From an uncultured Acidobacteriota bacterium (GTDB lineage: Bacteria > Acidobacteriota > Thermoanaerobaculia > Multivoradales > DATKCC01), in assembly GCA_963843755.1 (NCBI GenBank), contig CAWJLS010000001.1:27749-91748 (forward strand): a DNA stretch of 64,000 nt, in the 5' to 3' direction. The notes beneath the pieces were generated by a model. It did no database searches. It was given only the letters and a program-made list of their open reading frames with translations, and had not been told where the DNA came from. Positions 20,277 through 30,372 of the stretch are shown here, piece after piece. Numbering within the stretch: position 1 is the stretch's first letter; each line of letters opens with the position of its first letter. The position numbers and the translations under genes were made by a program.

Positions 20277-21230
20277 ATGTGCGCCACTGAAGCCTCTTTC
20301 GACGAGCCCCTGGTGGAGCTCCGCCGCCGCATCGAAGAGCTCGAGGAGTACCCCGAGGACCCGGCCAAGGTGAAGGAGGTCGAGCGCCTCCGCAAGAGCC
20401 TGGAGAGGTCGACTGCGGAGGTCTACTCGAACCTCGACCGCTGGCAGAAGACCCTCGTCGCCCGCCACCGGGAGCGCCCCTACACCCTCGACTACATCCG
20501 CCTGTTGATGGACGACTGGGTGGAGGTGCACGGCGACCGGGCGTTCGCCGACGACCCGGCGATCGTCGCCGGCTTCGCCACCTTCCGCGGCCGCGACGTG
20601 GCGGTGATCGGTCACGAGAAGGGGCGCGACACGAAGGAGCGCATCCTGCGCAACTTCGGCCAGGCCCGTCCGGAGGGGTATCGTAAGGCGCTCCGGGTGA
20701 TGAAGCTCGCCGAGCGCTTCCGCCTGCCGGTGCTGACCTTCGTCGACACCGCCGGCGCCCACCCCGGGATCGGTGCCGAGGAGCGAGGGCAGGCCGAAGC
20801 GATCGCCCGCAACCTGATCGAGATGGCCGCGCTCCAGGTACCGATCGTGGTCACCGTCACCGGCGAAGGGGGCAGCGGCGGCGCCCTCGCCCTGGGCGTC
20901 GGGAACCGGGTCTACGTCCTCGAGTACTCCACCTACTCGGTGATCTCCCCGGAAGGGTGTGCCGCGATCCTCTGGAAGGACCAGAGCCAGCGGGCCCAAG
21001 CCGCCGAGGCGATGAAGATCACCGCTCCCGACCTGCTCTCCCTGAACGTGGTCGACGCCGTCATCTCCGAGCCTGTGGGCGGCGCCCACACCGACCACAC
21101 CGTGATGGCCCGGCGGGTCGGCGACACCATCGAGGACGCGCTCGACGAGCTGTCCGCCCTCTCCCCCGAAGAGCTGATCCGCCAGCGCTACGACCGCTTC
21201 CGTCACCTCGGCGTCTACGAAGAGGCCTGA
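20277..21230 (+). CDS. accA: Acetyl-CoA carboxylase carboxyltransferase alpha subunit
   Basis: ARHRERPYTLDY, HGDRAFADD, PEGYRKA, GEGGSGGALA, YSVISPEGCAAILWKD. Confidence 0.97.
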   Translation: MCATEASFDEPLVELRRRIEELEEYPEDPAKVKEVERLRKSLERSTAEVYSNLDRWQKTLVARHRERPYTLDYIRLLMDDWVEVHGDRAFADDPAIVAGFATFRGRDVAVIGHEKGRDTKERILRNFGQARPEGYRKALRVMKLAERFRLPVLTFVDTAGAHPGIGAEERGQAEAIARNLIEMAALQVPIVVTVTGEGGSGGALALGVGNRVYVLEYSTYSVISPEGCAAILWKDQSQRAQAAEAMKITAPDLLSLNVVDAVISEPVGGAHTDHTVMARRVGDTIEDALDELSALSPEELIRQRYDRFRHLGVYEEA

Positions 21231-21281
21231 GATGGACGGTGAAGCTTCGCCCCGAACCCCCGAGACGCTCGGGTGGGGGCG

Positions 21282-21312
21282 TCCCCTTCCCCCCGTGAGG
21301 GAGGGAAGGGGA
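21282..21312. repeat. GC-rich extragenic hairpin (terminator or REP-like)
   Basis: 10-bp stem TCCCCTTCCC/GGGAAGGGGA between accA and recJ. Confidence 0.5.
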
Positions 21313-21418
21313 TCGAGGGGATGGGGGGCGATCCAGTGGATCATCCGGGTTGATCGGTGCGGCGAAACAGACGACGCGAGCGAGCTCGGCTCACTCGTCA
21401 CGAAGTCGGTCTTTGTAA

Positions 21419-23134
21419 ATGCCTGACGCCCTGTGGGTCCCGGCGCCGGTGCCGGAGACCGCGGCGGAGCTCGTCCGCGCAGGCGTCGCCGAGCACCTGG
21501 CGGCGCTGCTCGCGCGCCGTGGCGTGACCAGCGCCGCCGAGGCGGAGACCTTCTTCTCGCCCGCCCTCGATCAGCTCCACGAACCGTTCGAGCTCGCCGG
21601 CGTTTCCGAGGCGGTCGAACGGCTACTGCGCGCTCGCGAGCAGGGCGAACGGGTGGCCATCGTCGGCGACTACGACGTCGACGGGGTCAGCGGCACGGCC
21701 CTTCTCCTGGCGGTGCTCCGCTTCTGCGGCCTCGACGCCGACCCGATCCTGCCGCACCGCATGCGGGAGGGCTACGGCTTCCAGCCGGTCCATGCCGAGC
21801 GCGCCGCGGAGGACGGCCGCACCCTGGTGGTGACCGTCGACTGTGGCACCACCTCGGTCGCCGCCGCCCGGCGGGCGCTTGAGCTCGGCCTCGACGTCAT
21901 CGTCACCGACCACCACATCCCCGGGCCCGCGTTGCCCGACGGCGTGATCCAGGTCAACCCGCGCCAGGAGGGCTGCGCCTACCCGTTCCCCGACCTCTCC
22001 GGCGCCGGCATCGCGCTCAAGCTCGCCCAGGCGCTCGGCCGCCGGGTCGGCAAGGAGCCGGACCCGACCGCCCTCCTGCGCATGGCCTGCCTCGGAACGG
22101 TCGCCGACATGGTGCCGCTGCTGGGGGAGAACCGGACGATCGCCGCCCTCGGCCTGGCCGCCCTGCCGTCGAGCCCGTCGGTAGGGCTCCAGGCGCTGAT
22201 GCGCCAGGCCGGCGTCAAGGCGCCGCTCCAGGCGGAGGACATCGGCTTCCGGCTCGGACCGCGGATCAACGCCGCCGGCCGCCTGGACGACGCCCGCCAC
22301 GCGCTCGACCTGCTGCTCTGCCGCGACCAGGCCACCGCCGAACGCCTCGCCGCCGACCTCGAGCAGTGGAACCGGGAGCGCCAGGAGGAGGAGCGACGCG
22401 TTGTCGACGAGGCGCGGGAGCTGGTGCTGGCCCGCGCCGGCGGAGACGGCGACGGGAGCGGGGAGGAGGTGGCGCCGATCCTGGTCGCCTGGAGCGAGTC
22501 GTGGCACCGAGGGGTGGTCGGCATCGCCGCCGGCCGGTTGATGCGCGAGTTCCACCGCCCGGCCATCCTGCTGGCGGTGGAGGAGGGGGAGGCGGTCGGC
22601 TCGGGGCGGAGCGTCCCCGGCATCGAGCTCCACAGCTTCCTCGGCCGCTGGCGCGAGCAGCTCGCCCGGTTCGGCGGTCACGCCCAGGCGGTCGGCCTGT
22701 CGGTGCCTCTCGATCGGCTGGAGGCGCTCCGCGACGACTGGGAGGCCTCCGCCGGCGTGTGGCCCGGCGAGCTCCTCCGGCGGCGCTTCGAGTACGAGCT
22801 CGAGCTGGCGCCGGCGACCCTGAGCCTCGACCTGCTGGGCGAGCTCTCGTGCCTCGGACCGCACGGCCAGAGCAACCCCCAGCCGCTGCTGCGGGTCGGT
22901 CCCCTGGCCCTGACCGGCACGCCGCGCGTCTTCGGCCGCACCGCGCGCAAGCATCTCTCGGCCACCGCCGCCGGGCCGGACGGCAGCTCCATCCAGCTCC
23001 TGGCCTGGGGCTGGGGAGAGCAGTCGGAGCGTCTCGACGGCACCTTCGAAGCCCTCGGTCACCTGGAAGAGGACCGCTACACCAACCGCCCGGTCCTCCG
23101 GCTGGTCGACACGCGTCGCTCCGACGACCGATAA
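21419..23134 (+). CDS. recJ: Single-stranded-DNA exonuclease RecJ
   Basis: GDYDVDG, TVDCG, TDHH, GTVADMVPL, GPRINAAGRL, GSGRS, FGGH motifs. Confidence 0.96.
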   Translation: MPDALWVPAPVPETAAELVRAGVAEHLAALLARRGVTSAAEAETFFSPALDQLHEPFELAGVSEAVERLLRAREQGERVAIVGDYDVDGVSGTALLLAVLRFCGLDADPILPHRMREGYGFQPVHAERAAEDGRTLVVTVDCGTTSVAAARRALELGLDVIVTDHHIPGPALPDGVIQVNPRQEGCAYPFPDLSGAGIALKLAQALGRRVGKEPDPTALLRMACLGTVADMVPLLGENRTIAALGLAALPSSPSVGLQALMRQAGVKAPLQAEDIGFRLGPRINAAGRLDDARHALDLLLCRDQATAERLAADLEQWNRERQEEERRVVDEARELVLARAGGDGDGSGEEVAPILVAWSESWHRGVVGIAAGRLMREFHRPAILLAVEEGEAVGSGRSVPGIELHSFLGRWREQLARFGGHAQAVGLSVPLDRLEALRDDWEASAGVWPGELLRRRFEYELELAPATLSLDLLGELSCLGPHGQSNPQPLLRVGPLALTGTPRVFGRTARKHLSATAAGPDGSSIQLLAWGWGEQSERLDGTFEALGHLEEDRYTNRPVLRLVDTRRSDDR

Positions 23135-23318
23135 TCGGACCACGGGGGTGCCCACCGGACCGTCGTCAGGGGCCCGCCCTGTGACGCAGGCCGGCCGGTC
23201 CCCGAGCCCGACCAAGCCACCGACCCGAACCGATGACCTCACCCACCTCCTCCTCACCGCCCCCCTTCTTCCCCGGGACGACGTTCGCCCCGCCGCCCGC
23301 GACGGGGGGGCGCCGCTG

Positions 23319-25913
23319 ATGGCGCGCAGCCGAGAAGCGCGCAAGAACCGGCGGATCCAAGCCGTGCGGTTCCTCTTCCTCGCCGCCCTGGTGGCCACCG
23401 TGGGCGGTCTGGTCGCGTTCCTGATCCGCAGCCACCTGGAGAAGGAGGCGCCGCCGCCGGCGGCCCAGGTGGGCCCGGAAGAGATGGAGGCGGACGGCGA
23501 GACGCTGACCGTCGGCGAGGGGTTTGAGCGGACGATGAGCGAAGGCGACCGGGCGCTGTTCACGGTCCGGGGCGAGCGGTACTCGGTCACCCGGGGCAAC
23601 GTCGTCCACCTCGAAGGGGTCGACATCACGGTTTACGACGACTCCGGCCGCTCCTACGAGATCACCAGCCCCGAAGCCTGGTTCCAGCCGGACAAGCGGG
23701 AGGCACGGCTGGTCGGCGGCGTCGAGGTCCACGGCCCCAACGGCCTGCGCGCGGTCACCGAGGCGCTCTTCGTCCGCAACCGGGGGCGCCTGATCACCAG
23801 CAAGAAGGGGCAGATCTACATCCGTTTCGGCGACCGGTTCCACGCCCGGGCCGACGTGCTGCGGGTCGAGCTGGCCAACCAGCGTTTCCGCCTTCAAGGG
23901 CACGCCAGGGTGCTCAGCCTGGAGGGCTCGCCGGTTCCGTTCGAGATGAAGACCCAGCTCCTGACCATCGACCGGTCGCGGCACCTGCTCGAAGGCGAGG
24001 GCGGCCCGGTCGACGTCAGCCATCAGCAGGACTGGCTCGTGGCCTCGAACGTCACCGCCTTCCTCGATGACGATGAGAAGCGGGTGCAGTTCATCCGGGC
24101 CCAGGGACGGGTCGTGGCCGAGCTCCGCTCCGACCGGGCCCTGGGGCGGACGATCGAACCGCTGGAGGTGCCGCCGGAAGTGACGGAGGGCGCCGACGCG
24201 GGGGCGGAGACCGCCGAGCCCGCGGCCAGCGGGGCTGAATCGGTCGAAGGCGAGACGACCGGTGAAGCCGCCGGCGACCAGGCCGGCTCCGGCGAGGCTG
24301 CGACCGGCCAGGCCGTCGCCGGGCGGACCGCTGCCGCCGACGGCGCCACCAGCCAACCCACGGCCGCCGAAGCCACCACGAGCCAGGGCGCCGCCGACAA
24401 CCAGCCGCAGCTCGGCCGCATCCTGGTCAACACCGACCACCTGGAGCTCGAGCTGAGCGACGACGGCAGCCAGGCCCGCGCGGTCCACCTGGAGGGCGGG
24501 CCCAACGGCCTGGCGGCGCTGCGCGCGTTCACCGTCAACCGCGGGCCGATCCACCGCCTGCGTGCCCCGCGAATCGACGGCACCTTCACCGACGGGCGGC
24601 CGGAAACCTTCCTCGCCAAGGAAGAGATCGAGCTGCTCGAGATCGACCGCCAGCCGATGAGCGTCGCCGAGGAGATCCAAGACGAGCTCGACTCGTCCGG
24701 TCCAGAGGACGAGCTCGACTCGTCCGGTCCAGTCAGCGAGCTCGACGAGGGCCTGCCGGAGGAGGGGCGCAAGCAGCCCGCCCCCGAACGCCGGGTCGCG
24801 CGCCGGGCGACCGCCCGGACCGCCGAAGCCACCTTCGACGCCGGTGGCGAGCTCTCGACGGTGGTGCTGTCCGACCGGGTGCGGATGGTCGACCACGGCA
24901 CCGGGACCGAGCAGCCGACCTGGGCCCGCGGCGACCGCGGCGTCTTCTCCCTGAGCGAGGACTCCCTGACCCTCACCGGCATCCCGGCGCGGATCGAGTC
25001 CTCCCGCGGCACCATGGAGGCGCCGACCCTGGTCTACACCCGGGCGGACGGCATCCTCCGCGGCAACGACGGCGTCCGCGCCCGGCTGGAGAAGGACCAG
25101 GCCGCGGCCCTTCGGGGCAGCCCCCTCGCCTCCGGCGACGGCCCGGTCTGGGTCGAGGCCGAGAAGGGGTTCCTGCGCGACCAGCCGCGGAGCTTCCTGT
25201 TCATCGGCTCGGTCCGGGCCTGGCGGGGGACCGACCTGCTGACCGCGGACCAGCTCCGCGGCGACGACGCCGACCAGCACCTCCAGGCGTCCGGCTCCGT
25301 CCGGACCCTGTGGACTCCCGAGCCCGGCCAGCAGGGCGCCGGGCAGGGCTCGGACAAGGGCTCGAAACAGGGCGCCGCCGAGGAGGGCGGGCCGCTCGAA
25401 GTGACGTCGAAGGAGATGGACTTCCGCCAGGCCGACCGCCTCCTGACCTACACCGGCGACGTGGTGAGCACCCAGCAGGAGCGTGTCGTCCGCTGCCAGG
25501 AGATGAACCTCTTCCTCGCTCCGGAGGACCGGCCGGCCGGGAAGGGCGGGGGGTCGATCGAGAAGCTCGTCTTCACCGGCGACGTCGAGGTCACCGATCC
25601 GCCCACCACGGTCGACGGCAAGCCGGCGGGCGGGCGCACCCTGACCGGCCACCAGGCCGTCTACCTGCCGGGGCCGCGGACGATCGAGGTGGAGGCCGAC
25701 GGCGACGGCAAGGTGACCATGAAGGACCGGGACGGCAACGTGATCGAGGGGCCGCGGATGATCTACGAGATCGACAAGGACCGGGTGCAGGTGCTCAAGA
25801 AGGCCACGGACGACAGTCCGGAGGACGCGGGCAGCGCCGGCAGCGGGGGGGCCAAGGGCCCCCGGGGCGACGCGGCTCCGGCCGGTGGGAGCGCGGGGGA
25901 GGAGGGGCCATGA
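23319..25913 (+). CDS. Very long LptC/LptA-like LPS transport bridge protein
   Basis: Single N-terminal TM, repeated beta-jellyroll-like segments (LTYTGDV, GPRMIY), directly upstream of lptB; ATG 23319. Confidence 0.75.
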   Translation: MARSREARKNRRIQAVRFLFLAALVATVGGLVAFLIRSHLEKEAPPPAAQVGPEEMEADGETLTVGEGFERTMSEGDRALFTVRGERYSVTRGNVVHLEGVDITVYDDSGRSYEITSPEAWFQPDKREARLVGGVEVHGPNGLRAVTEALFVRNRGRLITSKKGQIYIRFGDRFHARADVLRVELANQRFRLQGHARVLSLEGSPVPFEMKTQLLTIDRSRHLLEGEGGPVDVSHQQDWLVASNVTAFLDDDEKRVQFIRAQGRVVAELRSDRALGRTIEPLEVPPEVTEGADAGAETAEPAASGAESVEGETTGEAAGDQAGSGEAATGQAVAGRTAAADGATSQPTAAEATTSQGAADNQPQLGRILVNTDHLELELSDDGSQARAVHLEGGPNGLAALRAFTVNRGPIHRLRAPRIDGTFTDGRPETFLAKEEIELLEIDRQPMSVAEEIQDELDSSGPEDELDSSGPVSELDEGLPEEGRKQPAPERRVARRATARTAEATFDAGGELSTVVLSDRVRMVDHGTGTEQPTWARGDRGVFSLSEDSLTLTGIPARIESSRGTMEAPTLVYTRADGILRGNDGVRARLEKDQAAALRGSPLASGDGPVWVEAEKGFLRDQPRSFLFIGSVRAWRGTDLLTADQLRGDDADQHLQASGSVRTLWTPEPGQQGAGQGSDKGSKQGAAEEGGPLEVTSKEMDFRQADRLLTYTGDVVSTQQERVVRCQEMNLFLAPEDRPAGKGGGSIEKLVFTGDVEVTDPPTTVDGKPAGGRTLTGHQAVYLPGPRTIEVEADGDGKVTMKDRDGNVIEGPRMIYEIDKDRVQVLKKATDDSPEDAGSAGSGGAKGPRGDAAPAGGSAGEEGP
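24681..24732 (+). repeat. 27-bp in-frame tandem duplication (DELDSSGP x2)
   Basis: GACGAGCTCGACTCGTCCGGTCCAG at 24681 and 24708. Confidence 0.9.
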
Positions 25914-26641
25914 GCGAGGTCCGCGCACTCTCGACCCGGGGCCTGCGCAAGGTCTACCGTGGTCGCGCCGTCGTTCAGGCCGTCGACCTGGAGGTCGCCC
26001 CGGGGGAGATCGTCGGCCTGCTCGGGCCGAACGGGGCCGGCAAGACCACCACCTTCTACATGGTGGTCGGCGTCATTCCGCCGGACGAGGGGCGCGTCTT
26101 CCTGGGCGAGGAGGAGATCACCGACCTGCCCATGTACCTGCGGGCGCAGCGGGGCATCAGCTACCTGCCCCAGGAGCCGTCCGTCTTCCGCAAGCTGTCG
26201 GTGGAGAACAACCTGCGCTCGATCTTCGAGACCCTCGACCTGCCCCACGGCGAGCAGGAGCGCCGCATCGCCCAGTTGCTCGCGGACTTCGGACTCGAGC
26301 GGGTGTCGAAGACGCCGGGGTACGCGCTGTCCGGCGGCGAGCGCCGGCGGGTGGAGATCGCCCGGGCGTTGGTCATCAACCCGTGGTATATCCTCCTGGA
26401 CGAGCCCTTCGCGGGCATCGACCCGATCGCGGTGCTCGACATTCAGCGGATCGTCAGACACCTCAAGGCGATGGGCATCGGGGTCCTGATCACCGATCAT
26501 AACGTACGGGAAACATTGAAAATAACCGACCGAGCCTATATCATCAACGACGGTGAGATTCTCCGCGCCGGCACCCCCGAAGAGCTCTCGCAGGACCCCC
26601 AGGTGAGGAAGGTCTACCTGGGGGAGGAGTTCACCCTCTAG
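25910..26641 (+). CDS. lptB: LPS export ABC ATPase LptB
   Basis: [58 protein letters not shown]. Confidence 0.97.
   Translation: MSEVRALSTRGLRKVYRGRAVVQAVDLEVAPGEIVGLLGPNGAGKTTTFYMVVGVIPPDEGRVFLGEEEITDLPMYLRAQRGISYLPQEPSVFRKLSVENNLRSIFETLDLPHGEQERRIAQLLADFGLERVSKTPGYALSGGERRRVEIARALVINPWYILLDEPFAGIDPIAVLDIQRIVRHLKAMGIGVLITDHNVRETLKITDRAYIINDGEILRAGTPEELSQDPQVRKVYLGEEFTL
26516..26544 (+). promoter_or_regulatory. Internal sigma70 promoter in lptB for rpoN
   Basis: TTGAAA-N17-TATCAT within a run of AT-rich rare codons. Confidence 0.65.
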
Positions 26642-26656
26642 CTTTCGACGTATCGC

Positions 26657-28147
26657 ATGGCACTCGAACAAAAGCTGTCCCTCAAGCTCACCCAGAAGCT
26701 GGTGATGACGCCATCACTGCAGCAGGCGATCAAGCTGCTGCAGATGACGCGGATGGAGCTCGAGGGCGTCATCACCCAGGAGATGATCGAGAACCCGACC
26801 CTCGAGGAGGCTCGCCTCGAGGCGCCGGACGAGCAGGCGCAGGACGAGCCGCCGGAGAAGGAGAAGGAGACCAAGGACGACGAGCTCGACCACGAGGAGT
26901 CGCTCGAAAACATCGACCTGGACGAGTTTTTCGGTGACTACCTGGATGGCTCCGGCTACGCCTCCGTGACTGAGCACCGGGAGGCGCCGCCGCTCGAAAA
27001 CACCCTCACGCGGACGCCCGACCTGTACGACCATCTGCTCTGGCAGCTCCACATGACCGACATCCCGGAGCGCGACCGGGAGATCGCCGAGCTGATCATC
27101 GGCAACCTCGATCCCCAGGGCTTCCTGGTCGCCGACCTGGAAGAGATCCGGGTGCTCGGCGACCGCCAGGTGGGCGACCCGTCCGACGGCGACGAGGACG
27201 ACTCGCCGTACACCCTGGACGAAGTGGAGAAGGCGCTCGAGAGGGTCCGGAGCTTCGATCCGCCCGGGGTCGGCTACGCCACGCTGCGCGAGAGCCTGGT
27301 GGCCCAGCTCGACCGGGCCGGCGTCGAGGGCGAGGTCGACGCGCTCGCCCGGCAGATGATCGACGAGTACTGGGACCTGTTCCTCAAGCGCCAGTACCCG
27401 GCGATCGCCAAGAAGCTCGGCGTCGAGCTCCACACCCTGGAGCCGGCGGTCGAGCGGATCAAGAACCTGGAGACCCGGCCCGGCCGGGGCTACAACACGG
27501 AGCGGGCCCACTACATCGAGCCGGACGTCTACGTGCGCCGGGTCGGCGACGAGTGGGTGATCCAGATCAACGACGACGGCATGCCGCGCCTGCGGGTGAG
27601 CCGGGCCTACCGGAAGATGCTCGCCAAGATGCGCAAAGAGGGGCGGCAGGCCGAAGCCCAACAGTTCATCAAGGACAAGATCCGCTCCGCCGTCTGGCTG
27701 ATCAAGAGCATCGACCAGCGCCAGCGCACCATCCACAAGGTCGCCAACTCGATCGTCCACCAGCAGCAGGAGTTCCTGGAGCACGGCATCGACCGCCTGC
27801 GGCCGATGGTGCTGCGCGACGTGGCCGAAGACATCGGCATGCACGAGTCGACCGTCAGCCGGGTGGTGTCCAACAAGTACATCCACACGCCGCGCGGCGT
27901 GCTGCCGATGAAGTACTTCTTCCACAGCGGAATCGACCGCGAGTACGGCGAGGACATCTCGTCGTTGACCGTCAAGCGCAAGATCGAGCAGATGATCGGG
28001 AACGAGGACCCCAAGGACCCGCTCTCCGACAGCGAGCTCATGCGCATGCTCAACCGCGAGGGGATTCAGATCGCGCGCCGCACGGTCGCCAAGTACCGCG
28101 ACGAGCTCAACATCCCGTCGTCGACCGACCGCAAGCAGATCTTCTAG
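26657..28147 (+). CDS. rpoN: RNA polymerase sigma-54 factor
   Basis: MTPSLQQAIKLLQM, HESTVSR, RpoN box ARRTVAKYR. Confidence 0.98.
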   Translation: MALEQKLSLKLTQKLVMTPSLQQAIKLLQMTRMELEGVITQEMIENPTLEEARLEAPDEQAQDEPPEKEKETKDDELDHEESLENIDLDEFFGDYLDGSGYASVTEHREAPPLENTLTRTPDLYDHLLWQLHMTDIPERDREIAELIIGNLDPQGFLVADLEEIRVLGDRQVGDPSDGDEDDSPYTLDEVEKALERVRSFDPPGVGYATLRESLVAQLDRAGVEGEVDALARQMIDEYWDLFLKRQYPAIAKKLGVELHTLEPAVERIKNLETRPGRGYNTERAHYIEPDVYVRRVGDEWVIQINDDGMPRLRVSRAYRKMLAKMRKEGRQAEAQQFIKDKIRSAVWLIKSIDQRQRTIHKVANSIVHQQQEFLEHGIDRLRPMVLRDVAEDIGMHESTVSRVVSNKYIHTPRGVLPMKYFFHSGIDREYGEDISSLTVKRKIEQMIGNEDPKDPLSDSELMRMLNREGIQIARRTVAKYRDELNIPSSTDRKQIF

Positions 28148-28300
28148 AGAGAGCTCCCCGAGAGACCTCGTGACGCGATTCCGCCGGCAACCCGACCCTT
28201 TCCCTGGCCTCCCACCCCGGGAGACCGTTCCCGTCACCACGACAACGGGCCCAGAGGCCGCCACCCTCGCAGTGGTCCCTCCGGGCCGAAGGGAGCGCGC

Positions 28301-28852
28301 ATGAACATCGAATACGTGGGTAGGAACTACACCGTGGACGACAGCGTCCGGGCATATATCGAGGGCAAGCTGGGCAAGGTGAGCAAGTTCGTCCAGGAGC
28401 CGGTCGAGATCCGGGTGACCCTCGAGACCGAAAAACACCGCCACATCGCGGAGCTCCACATCGCGCACAAGAACGGGGTCTTCCAGGCCACCGAAGAGAC
28501 GGGGGACATGTACGACGCCCTCAACATGGCCCTCGAGAAGCTCGAAAAGCAGGTCCGGCGGTCGAAGAAGAAGGCGATCGACCGCCGTCGGCGCGCCGAC
28601 AGAACTGAGACCAACGGCCAGCGGTGGCCGCTCGAGGTGTTCGCCCCGGGCAGCTTCGCGGCCGGCGCCGAGCGCAAGATCATCAAGACCACCCATCTGC
28701 CCATCAAGCCGATGTCCATCGAGGAGGCCGCCCTCCTTCTCGAAGGGGCGAAGAACGAGTTCATCGTCTTCCGCGACTCCACCACCGACCGGGTGAGCGT
28801 CCTCTACAAGCGCAAGGACGAGAACTACGGCCTGATCGCGCCCGAGTTCTGA
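28301..28852 (+). CDS. hpf: Ribosome hibernation promoting factor (long HPF)
   Basis: Ribosomal S30AE N-domain (DMYDALNMALEKLEKQVRR) plus C-terminal KPMSIEEA...YKRKDENYGLI. Confidence 0.93.
   Translation: MNIEYVGRNYTVDDSVRAYIEGKLGKVSKFVQEPVEIRVTLETEKHRHIAELHIAHKNGVFQATEETGDMYDALNMALEKLEKQVRRSKKKAIDRRRRADRTETNGQRWPLEVFAPGSFAAGAERKIIKTTHLPIKPMSIEEAALLLEGAKNEFIVFRDSTTDRVSVLYKRKDENYGLIAPEF
28586..28601. promoter_or_regulatory. parS-like palindrome copy inside hpf
   Basis: CGTCGGCGCGCCGACA, 15/16 match to TGTCGGCGCGCCGACA. Confidence 0.55.
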
Positions 28853-28948
28853 CCCTTGCCGTCAGCCGATGGACCTTTGTGACGAAATGAGCGGAGCGGC
28901 GGGCCCCGACGGCCCGCCGCCCTGCCCTCTGCAGCGGGGCTAGCACCG

Positions 28949-29401
28949 ATGCGCCTCGAAAACCTGACCCAACCCGAGCTCATCTTTCCGGCGCTCGACG
29001 CCACGGACCGCGACGCGGTGCTCCGCGACTTCTCCGAGCACCTGCGGGAGCTCGGCCTGGTGGCGGACGCCGACGAGCTCTTCGCCAAGCTGCTCGAGCG
29101 CGAGCAGCTCGGCTCGACCGGCATCGGCGCCGGCGTCGCCATCCCTCACTGCAAGCTCAAGAGCCTGACCAAGGCGGTGCTCGCCGTCGGCATCTGCCGC
29201 GACGGGGTCGACTTCGGCTCTCCCGACGCCGTGCCGGTCCGCCTCTTCTTCCTGGTCGTCTCGCCGACCGACGCGCCCGCCGTCCACCTCCAGGTGCTGG
29301 CGGCGATCTCCAAGTGGATCAAGGCCGACCACCACGTGTCCCGGATGCTCAAGCTCCGGGACCGGGGCGCGATCTACCACATGCTCGAGGAGAAAGGTTG
29401 A
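28949..29401 (+). CDS. ptsN: PTS EIIA (Ntr/Fru type)
   Basis: REQLGSTGIGAGVAIPH motif; position in the rpoN cluster. Confidence 0.88.
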   Translation: MRLENLTQPELIFPALDATDRDAVLRDFSEHLRELGLVADADELFAKLLEREQLGSTGIGAGVAIPHCKLKSLTKAVLAVGICRDGVDFGSPDAVPVRLFFLVVSPTDAPAVHLQVLAAISKWIKADHHVSRMLKLRDRGAIYHMLEEKG

Positions 29402-29408
29402 GGCCACC

Positions 29409-30371
29409 GTGCCCGGCTCCGACGCGTACGTCACCGTCGCCGACCTGCTCGGAGAAGACCTCTCCGACCTGCACCTGAGGGTCCTCTCGGGCGAGCAGCA
29501 CCTGGACAACCGGATCACCAACCCCCGGGTCCAGAAGCCGGGGCTGGCGTTCGCCGGCTACTACGAGTACATCAAGCCGGGGCGTGTGCAGATCGTCGGC
29601 GAGAGCGAGACCGCCTACCTCGAGACCCTGCCGCGAGCCGAGCGGGCCGAGCGCTTCGACACGATCACCGCCCTGCCGGTGCCGGTCTTCGTGATCACCA
29701 AGAACCTGGCGCCGCTCGACGGCTTCCTCAAGCGCTGCCAGGTGCGCGAGGTGCCGGTGCTGTCGTCGACCGAGCTCTCCTCGACGGTGATCAAGCGGCT
29801 GAGCGACTTCCTGGAGCAGTTCCTGGTGCCACGGACGCGCATCCACGGCGTGCTGCTCGACATCTACGGCCTCGGCGTGCTGCTGATCGGCGGCAGCGGC
29901 GTCGGCAAGAGCGAGTGCGCCCTCGACCTCATCGCCCGCGGCCACAGCCTGGTCTCCGACGACCGGGTGACGGTCAAGCGCTATCCCAACGGCGGGGTGG
30001 TCGGGGTCTCGGAGGGGCCGCTGCGCCACCACATGGAGCTGCGCGGCCTGGGGATCGTCAACGTCCAGGATCTCTTCGGCCTCGCCGCCGTGCGCGAGCG
30101 CAAGTCGATCGACCTGGTGATCGAGCTCGAGCACTGGCGCGAAGGGGAGAGCTACGATCGCCTCGGCCTCGACGAGACCCTGTACGAGCTGCTCGGCACC
30201 CCCTGCCCGTACATCAAGATGCCGGTCGCCCTCGGCCGCAACGTCTCCATCCTGGTCGAGATCGCCGCCCGCAACCACGTGCTCAAGCTCCAGGGCCACC
30301 ACTCCGCGCGCGAGTTCGCCCGCACGCTGGAGGAAGAGCTCGATCGCAAACGCAGTGAGGAAGGCGACTGA
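29409..30371 (+). CDS. hprK: HPr(Ser) kinase/phosphorylase
   Basis: GGSGVGKSECALDL, LVSDD, HHMELRGLGIVNV, GRNVSILVEIA. Confidence 0.96.
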   Translation: MPGSDAYVTVADLLGEDLSDLHLRVLSGEQHLDNRITNPRVQKPGLAFAGYYEYIKPGRVQIVGESETAYLETLPRAERAERFDTITALPVPVFVITKNLAPLDGFLKRCQVREVPVLSSTELSSTVIKRLSDFLEQFLVPRTRIHGVLLDIYGLGVLLIGGSGVGKSECALDLIARGHSLVSDDRVTVKRYPNGGVVGVSEGPLRHHMELRGLGIVNVQDLFGLAAVRERKSIDLVIELEHWREGESYDRLGLDETLYELLGTPCPYIKMPVALGRNVSILVEIAARNHVLKLQGHHSAREFARTLEEELDRKRSEEGD

Positions 30372-30372
30372 C

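Noticed and set aside
23128-23141. CCGATAATCGGACC as a second dif-like site that would bound an element integrated at dif
   Set aside because: Resembles only the XerC arm; no 6-bp spacer or XerD arm; it overlaps the recJ stop
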